Shown here: positions 9,471-19,444 of the stretch, in pieces | Layout of the letters: each line of letters begins with the position of its first letter | How positions within the stretch are numbered: the first letter of the stretch is position 1 | Source: an uncultured Ectothiorhodospiraceae bacterium | GTDB taxonomy: Bacteria; Pseudomonadota; Gammaproteobacteria; Nitrococcales; Nitrococcaceae | Assembly: GCA_913055565.1 (NCBI GenBank) | Contig: CAJXKP010000010.1 | Coordinates: 3,267 to 67,266, forward strand | Direction of reading: 5' to 3' | Length of the DNA: 64,000 nucleotides | The notes under the pieces: model-generated | What the model was told of the DNA's origin: nothing | The model's database searches: none | The model's input: only the letters and a program-made list of their open reading frames with translations | Position numbers and translations under genes: made by a program

Positions 9471-10226
9471 TCAGATCGCTGGTTCGATGACCTGGCCATC
9501 GGAGGCAATCGCCATGCCGGGCAGGCATGCCGCTGGGTTGGCCATTAGCCAGGCGTCGAGGCTGTGACTCACATGGGTCATCAGCGTTCGTCGGGGCTGG
9601 ATCGCTCGGTGTTCAGCGCAAACCTCATCGGGCGTGTTGTGGTTGCCGCAGCCAGCGCCCGGCGGATGCGTGCAGTCGAGTACCATGGTCTCGGGTGCGT
9701 GCTGGATCAGGAAGGCGCGGGTATCTTCGGGTAGTGCGGCGGTATCGGTGAGATAGGCTAGGCGTGTCTGGCCGTCGTCGAAGACGTAACCCAGTGTTGG
9801 CCGCGAGTGGTGTAGCGGGACAGGCGTTACGGTGAGCCTACCAAGCGCTATGGGCTTGAAAGCGTCCAGGGTCGCAAACTCGAGACATCCCGTATGCCGA
9901 AGTAGATCGGCACAACCTGCGGGGTCGTCCGGTGCGTACACGGTCAGTTGGGGAGCCAGGCCCCATCGGAACGGGAAGAGGCCCTGAACATGATCGACGT
10001 GGAAATGGGTTAATAGCAGGGCGTCGATCGGGTTGGCGTCGATTAATGGGCCGAAATCGCCCCGCCCCGCGTCGATCATCAGCGAGCGGTCGGGGAGATC
10101 CAGCCTTGCCGAGGCGGGAGCGCGACAGTGCTGCGGAAACGCGCGGGCATTGGCGCAGGCACGGCAGTCGCAGCCGCGCAGCGGCACGGCATCAACAGCG
10201 CCGGTTCCGAGGAAAGTCAGCCGCAT
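9471..10226 (-). CDS. phnP: phosphoribosyl 1,2-cyclic phosphate phosphodiesterase (metallo-beta-lactamase fold)
   Basis: MRLTFLGTG...CDCRAC...LLLTHFHVDHVQGL...HSRPTLGYVF. Located in the phn cluster and overlaps the phnN stop. Confidence 0.88.
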   Translation of the reverse strand: MRLTFLGTGAVDAVPLRGCDCRACANARAFPQHCRAPASARLDLPDRSLMIDAGRGDFGPLIDANPIDALLLTHFHVDHVQGLFPFRWGLAPQLTVYAPDDPAGCADLLRHTGCLEFATLDAFKPIALGRLTVTPVPLHHSRPTLGYVFDDGQTRLAYLTDTAALPEDTRAFLIQHAPETMVLDCTHPPGAGCGNHNTPDEVCAEHRAIQPRRTLMTHVSHSLDAWLMANPAACLPGMAIASDGQVIEPAI

Positions 10227-10810
10227 CCAGCCTCCTGGCCCAACACGAGTTGCCGCAGTTGGGCGGTGGCCTCCTCGATCGCCCCATTGTTGTCCACCAC
10301 GACGGTTCTCGGGTGATTGGGTTCACCGAGTGCCTTACCGCGTTCCAGACGATGGCGCATCGCGGCCGCGTCTTCGCGGCCACGGGCCTGAAGACGTTGT
10401 TCAAGTAAGGAGGGGTCGACTCTTACTGTGACCGGGATCAGCGCTTCGCCCCAATGCCGCTCCGCGCGGTCCAGTGCTGCCCTCGAGCCGTTGACCAAGA
10501 CGTGCCAGCCGGATGTCAGCCAGTCATCGACGTCGGTTCCAATGCCGTATAGACAGCCGTGGCTGGCCCAGGTCAGGGCAAAGCAGCCCTGCGCATCCCA
10601 ATGCCGGAACATCTCGTGGTTCAGGCTAATGTGGTTCTCGCTGCCCTTGCCAGGGTCACGGGTTACGAACCGCTGCGCGATAATGACTGGGGCGGTCGCG
10701 GGTAACTGCTGCGGTAACGCCTGAAGGAGGCTGTCTTTGCCAGCGCCGGAAGGCCCAATCAGGTATAAGAGCTTGCCGTTGGTGCGGTGTCGCCTTATCG
10801 GATCAACCAT
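10217..10810 (-). CDS. phnN: ribose 1,5-bisphosphokinase
   Basis: P-loop LIGPSGAGKDSLL in a guanylate-kinase-like protein. Start set at ATG 10810 (MVDPIRR...), overlapping the phnE stop (TGATG). Confidence 0.85.
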   Translation of the reverse strand: MVDPIRRHRTNGKLLYLIGPSGAGKDSLLQALPQQLPATAPVIIAQRFVTRDPGKGSENHISLNHEMFRHWDAQGCFALTWASHGCLYGIGTDVDDWLTSGWHVLVNGSRAALDRAERHWGEALIPVTVRVDPSLLEQRLQARGREDAAAMRHRLERGKALGEPNHPRTVVVDNNGAIEEATAQLRQLVLGQEAGCG

Positions 10811-11610
10811 CACAGGATCTTGCGGCGCAGCAGCGAACTCAAGTTCTCGACGGCCAGAACCATGACGAAGACGCATAGGATAATGGTGGAGACATTGCGG
10901 TAGTCGTACATGTCGATGGCTGCCATGAGCTCGACACCGATACCGCCCGCACCAACTAGCCCGAGCACAACCGATGCCCGTGTCGCTTTCTCAAAGGCGA
11001 ACAACGAGGTGGCGATCATCGACGGTAGTGTGGCTGGCAGGATCGCCGTAGCTACCGTTGCCGTCGGACCCGCCCCGAGCGACCGCAGCGCCTCGGGCGG
11101 ACCGTCATCCGCCTCCTCCATGGCTTCGGCGAAGAAGCGTGCACAGAACCCGGTGGTATCCACCATTAGCGCCAGAACGCCGGCGAACGGCCCGAGGCCG
11201 ACGGCGATAACGAAAATAATCGCCCATATGAGTTCGGGCACGGTGCGACAGGCCGTTACGATCGCCCGGGTGACTGCCTTGATCGTCCAATGCGGCGCGG
11301 TGTTGCGGGCTGAAAGCACCGCTAGCGGCAGGCTCAGCACGACCCCCAAGAAGGTCCCCGCTACTGCCATCTGGAACGTTTCTAGTAGGGTCGTGCCGAT
11401 CGAGGGCATACGCTCGAGGGCCGGCGGGAACATCTCGCTGAGTAACCGCCCGATTTCCGGCAGTCCCTGTAAGAGCTTGGTCAAAGACAGCTCACTGTTT
11501 GTCAGTGACCAGATGATGAGCGCGGCCGCAGCAAGGTAGCCGGCGAAGCCGAATACGCTCTTGTGCGGCAAGCGTGGCGGGTCCGCCGGGTACGATGCGC
11601 GATCTTTCAT
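10810..11610 (-). CDS. phnE: phosphonate ABC transporter permease
   Basis: Six-helix BPD-type permease with the PhnE-like pattern ...ETFQMAVAGTFLGVVLSLPLAVLSARNTAP...VPELIWAIIFV... Confidence 0.9.
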   Translation of the reverse strand: MKDRASYPADPPRLPHKSVFGFAGYLAAAALIIWSLTNSELSLTKLLQGLPEIGRLLSEMFPPALERMPSIGTTLLETFQMAVAGTFLGVVLSLPLAVLSARNTAPHWTIKAVTRAIVTACRTVPELIWAIIFVIAVGLGPFAGVLALMVDTTGFCARFFAEAMEEADDGPPEALRSLGAGPTATVATAILPATLPSMIATSLFAFEKATRASVVLGLVGAGGIGVELMAAIDMYDYRNVSTIILCVFVMVLAVENLSSLLRRKIL

Positions 11611-11611
11611 C

Positions 11612-12445
11612 CTAGACTGCCTCCCGCTGATAGAGACCGGCGAGTTGGCTGAAGTCCACCGCCGCTGTCGGCCGGTCGATCACCACCTCGCCAGCCCGCA
11701 ACGCGATCACGCGATCCGCGTACCGGCGTGCATGGTCGAGGTCGTGGGAGCTGAACACCAATGTCATGCCGTGGCCGGCGATCAGCCGGCTGAACAATGC
11801 CATAACCTCCTCGCCGGCAGCGGGGTCCAGACTGGCCGCTGGCTCATCCGCGAACACCAGTTGCGGGTGTTGCATTAACGTCCGCGCGATCGCGACACGC
11901 TGCGACTGCCCGCCGGAGAGCCGGTCCGCACGCTGACCGGTGTAGTCCGCCATACCTACCTCCTGGAGGCACCGAACGGCCTCGTCACGCCAGGGCTGTG
12001 CGGCTGTGGCTTGGAACCATGTGCCCGGATGCCGGGAGCGACCGAGCGCGCCATGGATCACGTTCGTCAGTACCGATAGCCGGCCCACTAGGTTGTGGCG
12101 CTGGAAAACCACCCCGGTACGCGAGCGCAGTCCCCGCAGGGCGCTGCGACCTAGTTGCCTTACGTCGTTGCCGAAAAGCCGTACGTCACCCGACGAGGGT
12201 TCCATTAACCGCATGCAGCAACGCAGAAGTGTCGACTTGCCGCTTCCGTTAGCGCCGAGTAAGGCGACGCGTTCACCCGTTCCGATACGGAATGAGATAT
12301 CCCGCAGGACGTTTTGCGGCTCGCCGTCGTAACGCTTGCTCAAGCCCGTTACGGCCAGCTCCGTGCTCGCCGGCGCTTGCCTGATGGATGCCGCCTCCGG
12401 GGCGGCGTTGCCCCGGAGCGGTGCGGTTGCTGTTTCCGATGCCAT
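11612..12445 (-). CDS. phnC: phosphonate ABC transporter ATP-binding protein
   Basis: Walker A GANGSGKST, signature LSGGQSQRVAIAR, Walker B LVFADEP. Lies between phnD and phnE. Confidence 0.92.
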   Translation of the reverse strand: MASETATAPLRGNAAPEAASIRQAPASTELAVTGLSKRYDGEPQNVLRDISFRIGTGERVALLGANGSGKSTLLRCCMRLMEPSSGDVRLFGNDVRQLGRSALRGLRSRTGVVFQRHNLVGRLSVLTNVIHGALGRSRHPGTWFQATAAQPWRDEAVRCLQEVGMADYTGQRADRLSGGQSQRVAIARTLMQHPQLVFADEPAASLDPAAGEEVMALFSRLIAGHGMTLVFSSHDLDHARRYADRVIALRAGEVVIDRPTAAVDFSQLAGLYQREAV

Positions 12446-12450
12446 GGCGT

Positions 12451-13341
12451 TTACTCACCCGGGAAGCGGCCGAAGTCTTCCTGACCGATGCTTTGGTACG
12501 CCTTGCGGACGTAGTTGTAGTCCTCGTTGTCGATATTGCGGATAAAACGCATGCCGGCGTATTTCTTGTTTTCTCCGCCACCCTGATCGACGATCGCCTG
12601 GACCATGGCATCGGAGTTGTCGACAATGGTCGTCTGCATGGTGTCGACGACGGCATCATTGAGGTGTTCGCCAGCGACCATGACGTCATTCGGGAGATCC
12701 GGGCCCCGCGCGATGACGCGGAAGGCACCTGGCGAGATATCGGCACGCTCACGCAGGCGCATGTAGTCATCCATGTAGTTCGTGCCCCAGGCGGCGACAT
12801 CGCCCTTGCGCAGTGACTCGAAACCGATCCGCGGTTTGGTATGGATGAGCTCAACCTCTTCCTGCGGATTAACCCCGTAGTCGGAGATAAGCTGCAGCGG
12901 GCCAAGGTGGGATGAGGTCGAGCCGACATCACCGACGGCAACCTTGCGGCCCTCTAAATCCTCTACGGAGGTGATGCCGCTGTCGGCCATCGTGATCAGC
13001 CCGGAGAAATAGTCAGGCCGGCTGAAGCCGAGGATGGGCTCGGCATCGGTGAGGTGGCGCATGACCACGTACTCGGCCGGGCCGGTGAGAACCAGATCAA
13101 CGCGCTCGGAGCGCAAGAGCTCCACGGCAGCGGTGCGGCTGGTTACCGGCGCGAACTCCACGGTGTAGTCGGTGCGCGACTCAAGCGCTTCCTTAAACGG
13201 GGCCCAATCGCGCCGTAGCTCCTCGAGCCCCGGGACATCCGTGACCGTCATGGTCAGCGTCTTGTCCGCGGCGTTTGATGCGCCGCCTGTCAGCGCCATC
13301 GCAACACCGACCGCGCTCATAAGTAATGTCTTGGCGTTCAT
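12451..13341 (-). CDS. phnD: phosphonate ABC transporter substrate-binding protein
   Basis: PhnD-family motif VAVGDVGSTSSHLGP. Start set at ATG 13341 (MNAKTLLMSAVGVAMALTGGASNA signal peptide), preceded by AGGAGA. Confidence 0.9.
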   Translation of the reverse strand: MNAKTLLMSAVGVAMALTGGASNAADKTLTMTVTDVPGLEELRRDWAPFKEALESRTDYTVEFAPVTSRTAAVELLRSERVDLVLTGPAEYVVMRHLTDAEPILGFSRPDYFSGLITMADSGITSVEDLEGRKVAVGDVGSTSSHLGPLQLISDYGVNPQEEVELIHTKPRIGFESLRKGDVAAWGTNYMDDYMRLRERADISPGAFRVIARGPDLPNDVMVAGEHLNDAVVDTMQTTIVDNSDAMVQAIVDQGGGENKKYAGMRFIRNIDNEDYNYVRKAYQSIGQEDFGRFPGE

Positions 13342-13553
13342 CAGGTCTCTCCTATTGCTGGTGATGGAACGCCGTTCATGCTGCGCGCCCTCCATGACAC
13401 GAGCTTTATGTTGTTTTTGCCCTTGAGCTAACTGTTGGGCCCCGAAAAACCAACCAGTGGGCTAACAGGTCTAGCAATCCCGCGGATCGCCGTCATTCAG
13501 TCGCAATCGGCGGCGATTAGCCTGTGCTCGTCATTAACGTTGAGGAGCTTGGC

Positions 13554-14765
13554 ATGAGCACACTATCCGCAGGCGCGCAGGCCGCCAGCGACGTCGATCT
13601 GGCGATCCGTAATGTTCGCGCTCTAGTACCGGGCGAGGGGGTGGTGGATGCCGATCTAGCGATGAGTGGCGAGTGGATCGTCGATTGCTCGACCGCCGGT
13701 ACAACGGGGGCATCGACCTTGGAGGGTAACGGGCTACTGGCCTTACCGGGAGTGGTCGATCTCCACGGCGATGCGTTCGAGCGCCTGCTTATGCCGCGAT
13801 CAGGCGTTAAGTTTCCAGTAGGGGTGGCGTTGGCCGAGGTCGATCGCCAGCTGTTGGCTAACGGTATCACTACCGCCTACCACGGCATCACCTACTCCTG
13901 GGAGCCCGGGCTTCGGGGGCGTGACACGGTGGTCTCGGTTCTGGAGGCGCTGGAGGCAATCGGCACTTGCCTAGGCTGTGACACACGCGTGCACCTGCGC
14001 CATGAGCTGCACAATGTCGACGCCGAGGCCGAGATCCAGCACTGGATCCGACAGGGACGCATCGGGCTGCTCGCCCTCAACGACCACCTCGCGATGATCG
14101 AGGATCGACTGGATCGGGCGGAAAAGCTGTCGGAATACACGGAGCGCTCCGGGCTTAATCCGAGCGAATACCGTGCGCTTGTCGAGCGTATGGGGCAGCG
14201 CTCCAGCGAGGTGCCAGCCGTCACTGAGCGCCTGTGCCAGGCGGCCGTCGAGGCCGGCTTGCCCATTGCCTCCCACGACGATGAAACCCCGGCCATGCGT
14301 ACCCGTTACCGCGGGATGGGAGCTCATCTGTGCGAATTTCCGTGTAACGCCGAGACCGCGCGCGAAGCCATGGAGAGCGGCGAGAGCGTCATACTGGGGG
14401 CGCCCAACATCCTGCGGGGCGGCAGCCACGATGATCGCTTGAACGCCGGTCAGGCCGTCCGCGAGGGGCTGTGTACCGCGCTCGCGTCCGATTACTACTA
14501 CCCCGCGGCGTTGCATGCGGCCTTCCAGCTTCATTGCGAAGAGGTGCTCGACTTCCCGGCGGCGTGGGACCTGGTATCCGGGGGGGGCGCTCGGGCGGCC
14601 GGGCTAAGTGATCGAGGTCAGATCGCGCCGGGGCAGCGCGCCGACGTGTTGCTTGTCGACCCCGATTCCGCCCTGGGGCCGCAGGTCGTCGCTACGATCG
14701 CCGGGGGGCAGTTGGTTAACTACCACGACGCCGCGGGCTGTCTGCGAGCCCACGACGTGGCGTAA
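13554..14765 (+). CDS. phnM: alpha-D-ribose 1-methylphosphonate 5-triphosphate diphosphatase (amidohydrolase)
   Basis: LPGVVDLHGDAFE...SHDD...ALASDYYYP is typical of PhnM. Start at ATG 13554 after GAGGAG. Confidence 0.88.
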   Translation: MSTLSAGAQAASDVDLAIRNVRALVPGEGVVDADLAMSGEWIVDCSTAGTTGASTLEGNGLLALPGVVDLHGDAFERLLMPRSGVKFPVGVALAEVDRQLLANGITTAYHGITYSWEPGLRGRDTVVSVLEALEAIGTCLGCDTRVHLRHELHNVDAEAEIQHWIRQGRIGLLALNDHLAMIEDRLDRAEKLSEYTERSGLNPSEYRALVERMGQRSSEVPAVTERLCQAAVEAGLPIASHDDETPAMRTRYRGMGAHLCEFPCNAETAREAMESGESVILGAPNILRGGSHDDRLNAGQAVREGLCTALASDYYYPAALHAAFQLHCEEVLDFPAAWDLVSGGGARAAGLSDRGQIAPGQRADVLLVDPDSALGPQVVATIAGGQLVNYHDAAGCLRAHDVA

Positions 14766-14796
14766 GGCGCGTTAATCAGTGATGGCGCTTCGTGAG

Positions 14797-15531
14797 TTAG
14801 CCCAATGCCGGCGGGTGTGGCTCGAAAACGAACCGGACGCGTTGGCCGGCGTATCGGCCCACCGCGAATTCGATGGGTTGATTGTCGGCATCCACGTTAA
14901 TGCTCCGGTGTTCCAGCACCGGCTGGGCTTGCGGTTGGTGCAACAGGTCAGCTTCGTGGGCGTCCGGCAGTCGGGCGACGACCCGCGTGTGCTGACGAAA
15001 GTAGTCACGAACCCCGAAGGCGTAGAGGGCGCTCGTCAACGAGGTACTCGTGTGGAAGGTATCGATGAGCCCATCGAAACGGGGGAGTGGAAAGAAATGC
15101 GAGGTCAGTGCCAACGGGAGTTCGTCGATGAAGCGAGCGATCTCAAGCAACAGCACGGGCGTGCCCACTGGCACCCAGAGCGCCTCCGCCATCGACGTCG
15201 TCGCGACCTCCTGGCTGCTTCGCAAGAGGCGGCTGTGCGCCTCGCGGTGGGAACCGGTTGCGATGTCCGAAAAGCGTGTCCGCCCGGTTATCGAGTAATC
15301 CAGTACGGGTTCCTGCACGAAGGTTCCGCGCCCTTGCTCGATGCGCACCAAATTGTCGGCAGCAAGCTCATCCATGGCGCGCCGGACGGTGTGGCGATGG
15401 ACCCCGAACCGACGGCTGAGATCGGTCTCGGCGGGCAGGCGTTCGCCGGGCCCATAGCCCCCGGCGGTGATTTCCTCGGCTACTTGGTCCCGTATTCGGC
15501 GCCAACGGGGGCCGGCTTTGGCTGGCGGCAT
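14797..15531 (-). CDS. phnF: GntR-family (HutC/UTRA) transcriptional regulator of the phn locus
   Basis: wHTH ...LPAETDLSRRFGVHRHTVRRAMDELAADNLVRIEQGRGTFV plus a UTRA-like C-terminus. ATG 15531 is preceded by GAGGAAG; the track start at 15546 is a TTG. Confidence 0.85.
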   Translation of the reverse strand: MPPAKAGPRWRRIRDQVAEEITAGGYGPGERLPAETDLSRRFGVHRHTVRRAMDELAADNLVRIEQGRGTFVQEPVLDYSITGRTRFSDIATGSHREAHSRLLRSSQEVATTSMAEALWVPVGTPVLLLEIARFIDELPLALTSHFFPLPRFDGLIDTFHTSTSLTSALYAFGVRDYFRQHTRVVARLPDAHEADLLHQPQAQPVLEHRSINVDADNQPIEFAVGRYAGQRVRFVFEPHPPALG

Positions 15532-15637
15532 GAGTGACTTCCTCAAGCTCTCGATGAGATGTCCGATCCGCGCCTTGACGAAGTGATCGGGACGGGCTTT
15601 CCACCATCCACATATCTCCTAGCGTGGGCAACGCCAC

Positions 15638-16123
15638 ATGAGTAACAAAACCCAACAACCCGATGGGCATCCGGAGGATTCGCCCGAGCAAGCCAGTCAA
15701 CCGCGGCGCTTGGCGGTTCTCGCGCAGGTGCCGGAGTCGCTATTAGAGACAGCGTGGCATGAATTAACGGACAAACCGGTAATAACCCGATTACGCGGAC
15801 CTGAAACGGGGCTGCTCATGGTTCGCGGCCGTGCCGGTGGTTGCGGCCAGCAATTCAACCTCGGCGAGGTACCCGTTACCCGCGCCACGGTTTGTTTAGC
15901 GGACACTACACCCGGCTATGGCTTCGTCCTCGGTCAGCGAGCGCGTCACGCTGAGCTGATTGCGCGATTTGATGCCCTTGTCGCCGAGGGGTCCCGCGCT
16001 GCTGAGATAAAGCATGCCGTTGTGGTGCCTGCTGCTCACTATCGCGATAGGGCTGACGCGGCGATGCGTGAGCGCGCCGAGGCTACGCGGGTGGACTTTA
16101 GTACGTTGGTTCGGGGGCGCTAA
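15638..16123 (+). CDS. phnG: C-P lyase complex subunit PhnG
   Basis: First gene of the phnGHIJKL string. The size and the GEVPVTRATV...ARHAELIARFDAL pattern fit PhnG. TAATG overlap with phnH. Confidence 0.85.
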   Translation: MSNKTQQPDGHPEDSPEQASQPRRLAVLAQVPESLLETAWHELTDKPVITRLRGPETGLLMVRGRAGGCGQQFNLGEVPVTRATVCLADTTPGYGFVLGQRARHAELIARFDALVAEGSRAAEIKHAVVVPAAHYRDRADAAMRERAEATRVDFSTLVRGR

Positions 16124-16704
16124 TGACCGATTGCAAGGCAGGCTTCAACGATCCCGTCCACGATGCCCAGGCTGTGTTTCGGTATGCCTTGGATGCCATG
16201 GCGCATCCCGGCCTTTGGTATGAGTTGCGCTCAATGCCACAAGTGCTTCCGGGATTCAGTCCCGCGGCGACGGCCCTGGCGCTGACGTTGTTGGACCATG
16301 AGGTCGGGGTGTGGCTGGGAGCGAGCGCTCGTCGTGGCGTCAATGCCCTGAGCTTGATCACGGGCGCGCGACGGGTCGATAGACCCGATGAGGCCGACTT
16401 CGCCTTCCTGGCAGCCAACGAGCTCGACATGCTGCCGGTTCTAGCTGCGGGTACCGCCGCGGCGCCGGAGTTGGGTGCCACGGTGATCCTGGAAGTCGAC
16501 GCTGCTAGCGGCGACAGCGGATTGATCTGCTCTGGGCCGGGGTTGGCCGCGCCGCAACGGTTGCTCTGCTCGGGGCTGCCTGAGGCTTTCGCCAGGCAGT
16601 GGTGGCACCAAACGAACGGTTGGCCCTGCGGTAGGGATATCTTCCTGGCCGCGAGTTCAAGCGTAGCAGCGCTGCCGCGAACTGTGACGCTGGAGGCAGC
16701 CTGA
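16123..16704 (+). CDS. phnH: C-P lyase complex subunit PhnH
   Basis: FNDPVHDAQAVFRYALDAMAHPG... is the typical PhnH N-terminus. Overlapping stop/start on both sides. Confidence 0.88.
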   Translation: MTDCKAGFNDPVHDAQAVFRYALDAMAHPGLWYELRSMPQVLPGFSPAATALALTLLDHEVGVWLGASARRGVNALSLITGARRVDRPDEADFAFLAANELDMLPVLAAGTAAAPELGATVILEVDAASGDSGLICSGPGLAAPQRLLCSGLPEAFARQWWHQTNGWPCGRDIFLAASSSVAALPRTVTLEAA

Positions 16705-17804
16705 TGTACGCAACCATCAAGGGTGGCGAGGCGGCGATTGACAACGCCCACCAATGGCTCGCTGATGAGCGTCGAGGTGATCGAGCCGTCCCGGAACTCA
16801 CCACTCCCCAAATCTATGAACAGATGGGGCGAGCCGTCGACCGGGTCATGATTGAAGGGTCACTAGCCGACCCGGCCCTCGCGGCCGTGGCGCTCAAGCA
16901 GGCTCAGGGCGACGTCGCGGAGGCCGTTTTCTTGCTGCGCGCCTATCGCAACACCCTGCCCCGGCTGGGATACACAGAACCACTTGATACCCGAGCAATG
17001 TGTCTGGAGCGCCGCATAACGCCAGTATTCAAGGATGCGCCGGGCGGCCAGATGTTGGGACCCACATTCGACTACACACACCGCCTTCTGGACTTTGATT
17101 TCGCTAGCTGCTCGGAACCCGGCTCGGCCGCGCGAGCCACGCCCGATCACGACGACCCGGCGGTCCCCGTAACCGAGCGTCTGGTCGCCGAGGGCTTTAT
17201 TGAGCCGGAGGTCCCCGACGACAGCCAAGCCGTCGCGGATATTACACGCGAGTCTTTGGCCCTGCCGGCCGGCCGCGACGCCCGTCTGCAGGCCCTGGCC
17301 CGGGGTGACGAAGGCTTCCTGCTGGGACTGGCGTATTCCACGCAACGCGGCTATGGCGGCCATAAGATCTACGCCGGGGAGATCAGGCAGGGCGAGGTAG
17401 CTGTCTCGTTCGTGCCGGATGAGCTTGGTTTTGCCGTCGATATTGGCCGTATGACGCTGACCGAATGCCAGGTCCTGACCCCTGAGCAGACCGATAGTGA
17501 TCGGGGGCCGGGCCTAGCCCGGGGGTACGGCCTGGCTTTTGGCCGTGGGGAACGCAAGGCCCTGTGCATGGCCCTGCTGGATCGATCATTACAGGCCCGC
17601 GAACGCGGTGAGCGCATCGACGCCCCTGCCCAGGACGAGGACTATGTCCTCGGCCATCTGGATGGGGTGCGTGCCGCCGGGTTTTTGGAGCATCTCAAGC
17701 TGCCTCATTACGTGGACTTCCAGGCCGAGCTGGCAACGCTTCGCTCACTGGGTCAAAGCGCCTCGGAGGAGACGGACGACAGCAACCGGGAGGACACGGC
17801 ATGA
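16704..17804 (+). CDS. phnI: C-P lyase complex subunit PhnI
   Basis: MYATIKGGEAAIDNAHQWL...AVALKQAQGDVAEAVFLLRAYRNTLPR is typical of PhnI. ATGA overlap with phnJ. Confidence 0.9.
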   Translation: MYATIKGGEAAIDNAHQWLADERRGDRAVPELTTPQIYEQMGRAVDRVMIEGSLADPALAAVALKQAQGDVAEAVFLLRAYRNTLPRLGYTEPLDTRAMCLERRITPVFKDAPGGQMLGPTFDYTHRLLDFDFASCSEPGSAARATPDHDDPAVPVTERLVAEGFIEPEVPDDSQAVADITRESLALPAGRDARLQALARGDEGFLLGLAYSTQRGYGGHKIYAGEIRQGEVAVSFVPDELGFAVDIGRMTLTECQVLTPEQTDSDRGPGLARGYGLAFGRGERKALCMALLDRSLQARERGERIDAPAQDEDYVLGHLDGVRAAGFLEHLKLPHYVDFQAELATLRSLGQSASEETDDSNREDTA

Positions 17805-18673
17805 GCACGGTAGCGCCAGAGGCCGATGGCTTGCCCGGCTATAATTTCGCGTATCTCGATGAGCAGACCCGCCGCATGATTCGTCGTGCCCTGCTCAAGG
17901 CCGTGGCGATCCCAGGGCACCAGGTGCCATTTGCTGCTCGGGAGATGCCGCTCCCCTACGGCTGGGGTACCGGCGGTATTCAAATCACGGCTGCGTTAGT
18001 TGGGCGCAGTGACGTCCTCAAGGTCATCGATCAGGGGGCGGACGACGCTACTAATGCCACCAGTATCCGCCGATTCTTCGCGCGCACGGCGGGCGTGGCA
18101 ACCACCGAAGATACGTCGCAAGCCAGCCTGATCCAGACACGACATCGCGTCCCCGAGACACCGCTGCGTGCGGACCAGGTCCTTGTGTACCAGGTGCCCG
18201 ACCCGGAGCCGCTTCGCAAGGTCGAGCCGAGGCAGGCGGAAACCCGCCGCCTACACGCAGCCGGGGACTACGGGCTCGCCCGCCTCGCGCTCTATGAGCA
18301 GGTGGCGCGCTATGGTCGCGTTCGCCAGGCCTACAATCACCCCGTGCTGGTTAATCGCGGGTATCTGGCAAGCCCAAGCCCGATCCCGCGTTTCGACAAC
18401 GGCAAGCTGGATGACAACTCCGCATTGCAGCTCTTCGGTGCGGGTCGGGAACGGCGCGTCTACGCCATACCGCCGCATACGCGGGTTGAAAGCCTCGCGT
18501 TCGACGACATCGCGTGGGATACGGATGCCAATGACCAGGCGTGTTCGCAATGCGGCTCAACAGACACCTACCTCGACGAGATCGTCCTGGATGACGCCGG
18601 TACGCGGGCGTATCAGTGCTCGGATACCGATTATTGCGGGCGTCAGCAATGGGGAGGCGTGGGGCATGGATGA
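17801..18673 (+). CDS. phnJ: C-P lyase catalytic subunit PhnJ
   Basis: YNFAYLDEQTRRMIRRALLKAVAIPGHQVPFAAREMPLPYGWGTGG, and a C-terminal Cys cluster CSQCGS...YQCSDTDYC. Confidence 0.93.
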   Translation: MSTVAPEADGLPGYNFAYLDEQTRRMIRRALLKAVAIPGHQVPFAAREMPLPYGWGTGGIQITAALVGRSDVLKVIDQGADDATNATSIRRFFARTAGVATTEDTSQASLIQTRHRVPETPLRADQVLVYQVPDPEPLRKVEPRQAETRRLHAAGDYGLARLALYEQVARYGRVRQAYNHPVLVNRGYLASPSPIPRFDNGKLDDNSALQLFGAGRERRVYAIPPHTRVESLAFDDIAWDTDANDQACSQCGSTDTYLDEIVLDDAGTRAYQCSDTDYCGRQQWGGVGHG

Positions 18674-19442
18674 TAGGCCTCTAATGTCAGCCGATTCGGT
18701 GACCTGTCGTTTCCGCGGGACCACGGCCTGTCGCGACGTCAGCCTCGATGTGTATGCCGGTGAGGTGCTGGGCATCGTCGGCGAGTCCGGCGCCGGCAAG
18801 TCGACGTTGCTCCATTGCCTGGCAGGGGCCGTCCAGCCATCCGAGGGGACCGTCACCTACGCCGATGCCAAAGGCCACGACCACGCGATCCACGGCCTTA
18901 GCGAGAGCGCGTTGCGTCAGCTCAGCCGCGGCGATTGGGGGTTTGTGCATCAGAGTCCCTACGATGGCTTGCGCCCCCATATCTCGGCGGGAGGCAACGT
19001 CGCCGAACCGTTGCTTCGGTGCGGGGAGACACGCTACGCGAGCCTTCGGGCGGCCGCCCGTCATTGGCTGGCGGAGGTGGAGCTGGATCCCGAACGCCTG
19101 GATGACCCGGTGCGCACATTCTCCGGCGGCATGCAGCAGCGCGTTCAACTGGCCCGCAATCTGGTGACCCAACCACGATTATTGTTCCTGGATGAGCCCA
19201 CCGGTGGTTTGGATGTTTCCGTTCAAGCGCGGTTGTTGGATCTGATCCGCCAGCTAGCGAGCGAATTGGAGGTGGCGGTCGTGCTCGTAACCCACGACTT
19301 GGCGGTCGTCCGGCTGCTCGCCCACAGATTGGCGGTCATGCGACAAGGTGAGGTCGTGGAGCAGGGGGTAACGGATCAGGTTTTGGACGACCCGCAGGCC
19401 CCCTACAGTCAATTACTGGTGGCCTCGGAGCTGCGGAGCTAA
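18666..19442 (+). CDS. phnK: C-P lyase system ATP-binding protein PhnK
   Basis: Walker A GESGAGKSTLL, signature FSGGMQQRVQLAR, Walker B LLFLDEPTGGLD. True start is ATG 18666 (MDDRPLMSAD...), overlapping the phnJ stop by 8 nt. The track ORF from 18168 is an out-of-context extension. Confidence 0.9.
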   Translation: MDDRPLMSADSVTCRFRGTTACRDVSLDVYAGEVLGIVGESGAGKSTLLHCLAGAVQPSEGTVTYADAKGHDHAIHGLSESALRQLSRGDWGFVHQSPYDGLRPHISAGGNVAEPLLRCGETRYASLRAAARHWLAEVELDPERLDDPVRTFSGGMQQRVQLARNLVTQPRLLFLDEPTGGLDVSVQARLLDLIRQLASELEVAVVLVTHDLAVVRLLAHRLAVMRQGEVVEQGVTDQVLDDPQAPYSQLLVASELRS

Positions 19443-19444
19443 TC

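Noticed and set aside
13342-13553. Looked for a Pho box (CTGTCAT-N4-CTGTCAT type) in the phnD/phnM divergent promoter
   Set aside because: Only weak partial matches are present (for example CTGTGCTCGTCATTAAC). They are not convincing without a PWM scan and orthologous alignments.
14779-15537. 252-aa plus-strand ORF
   Set aside because: It is a mirror image of phnF (the GntR/UTRA regulator on the minus strand). Only the minus frame has an HTH and an RBS-preceded ATG.
18168-18665. N-terminal 166 codons of the 424-aa track ORF containing phnK
   Set aside because: This part overlaps phnJ in another frame and is Arg/Ser/Thr-rich nonsense. PhnK begins at ATG 18666 (MDDRPLM...), just before the Walker A region.
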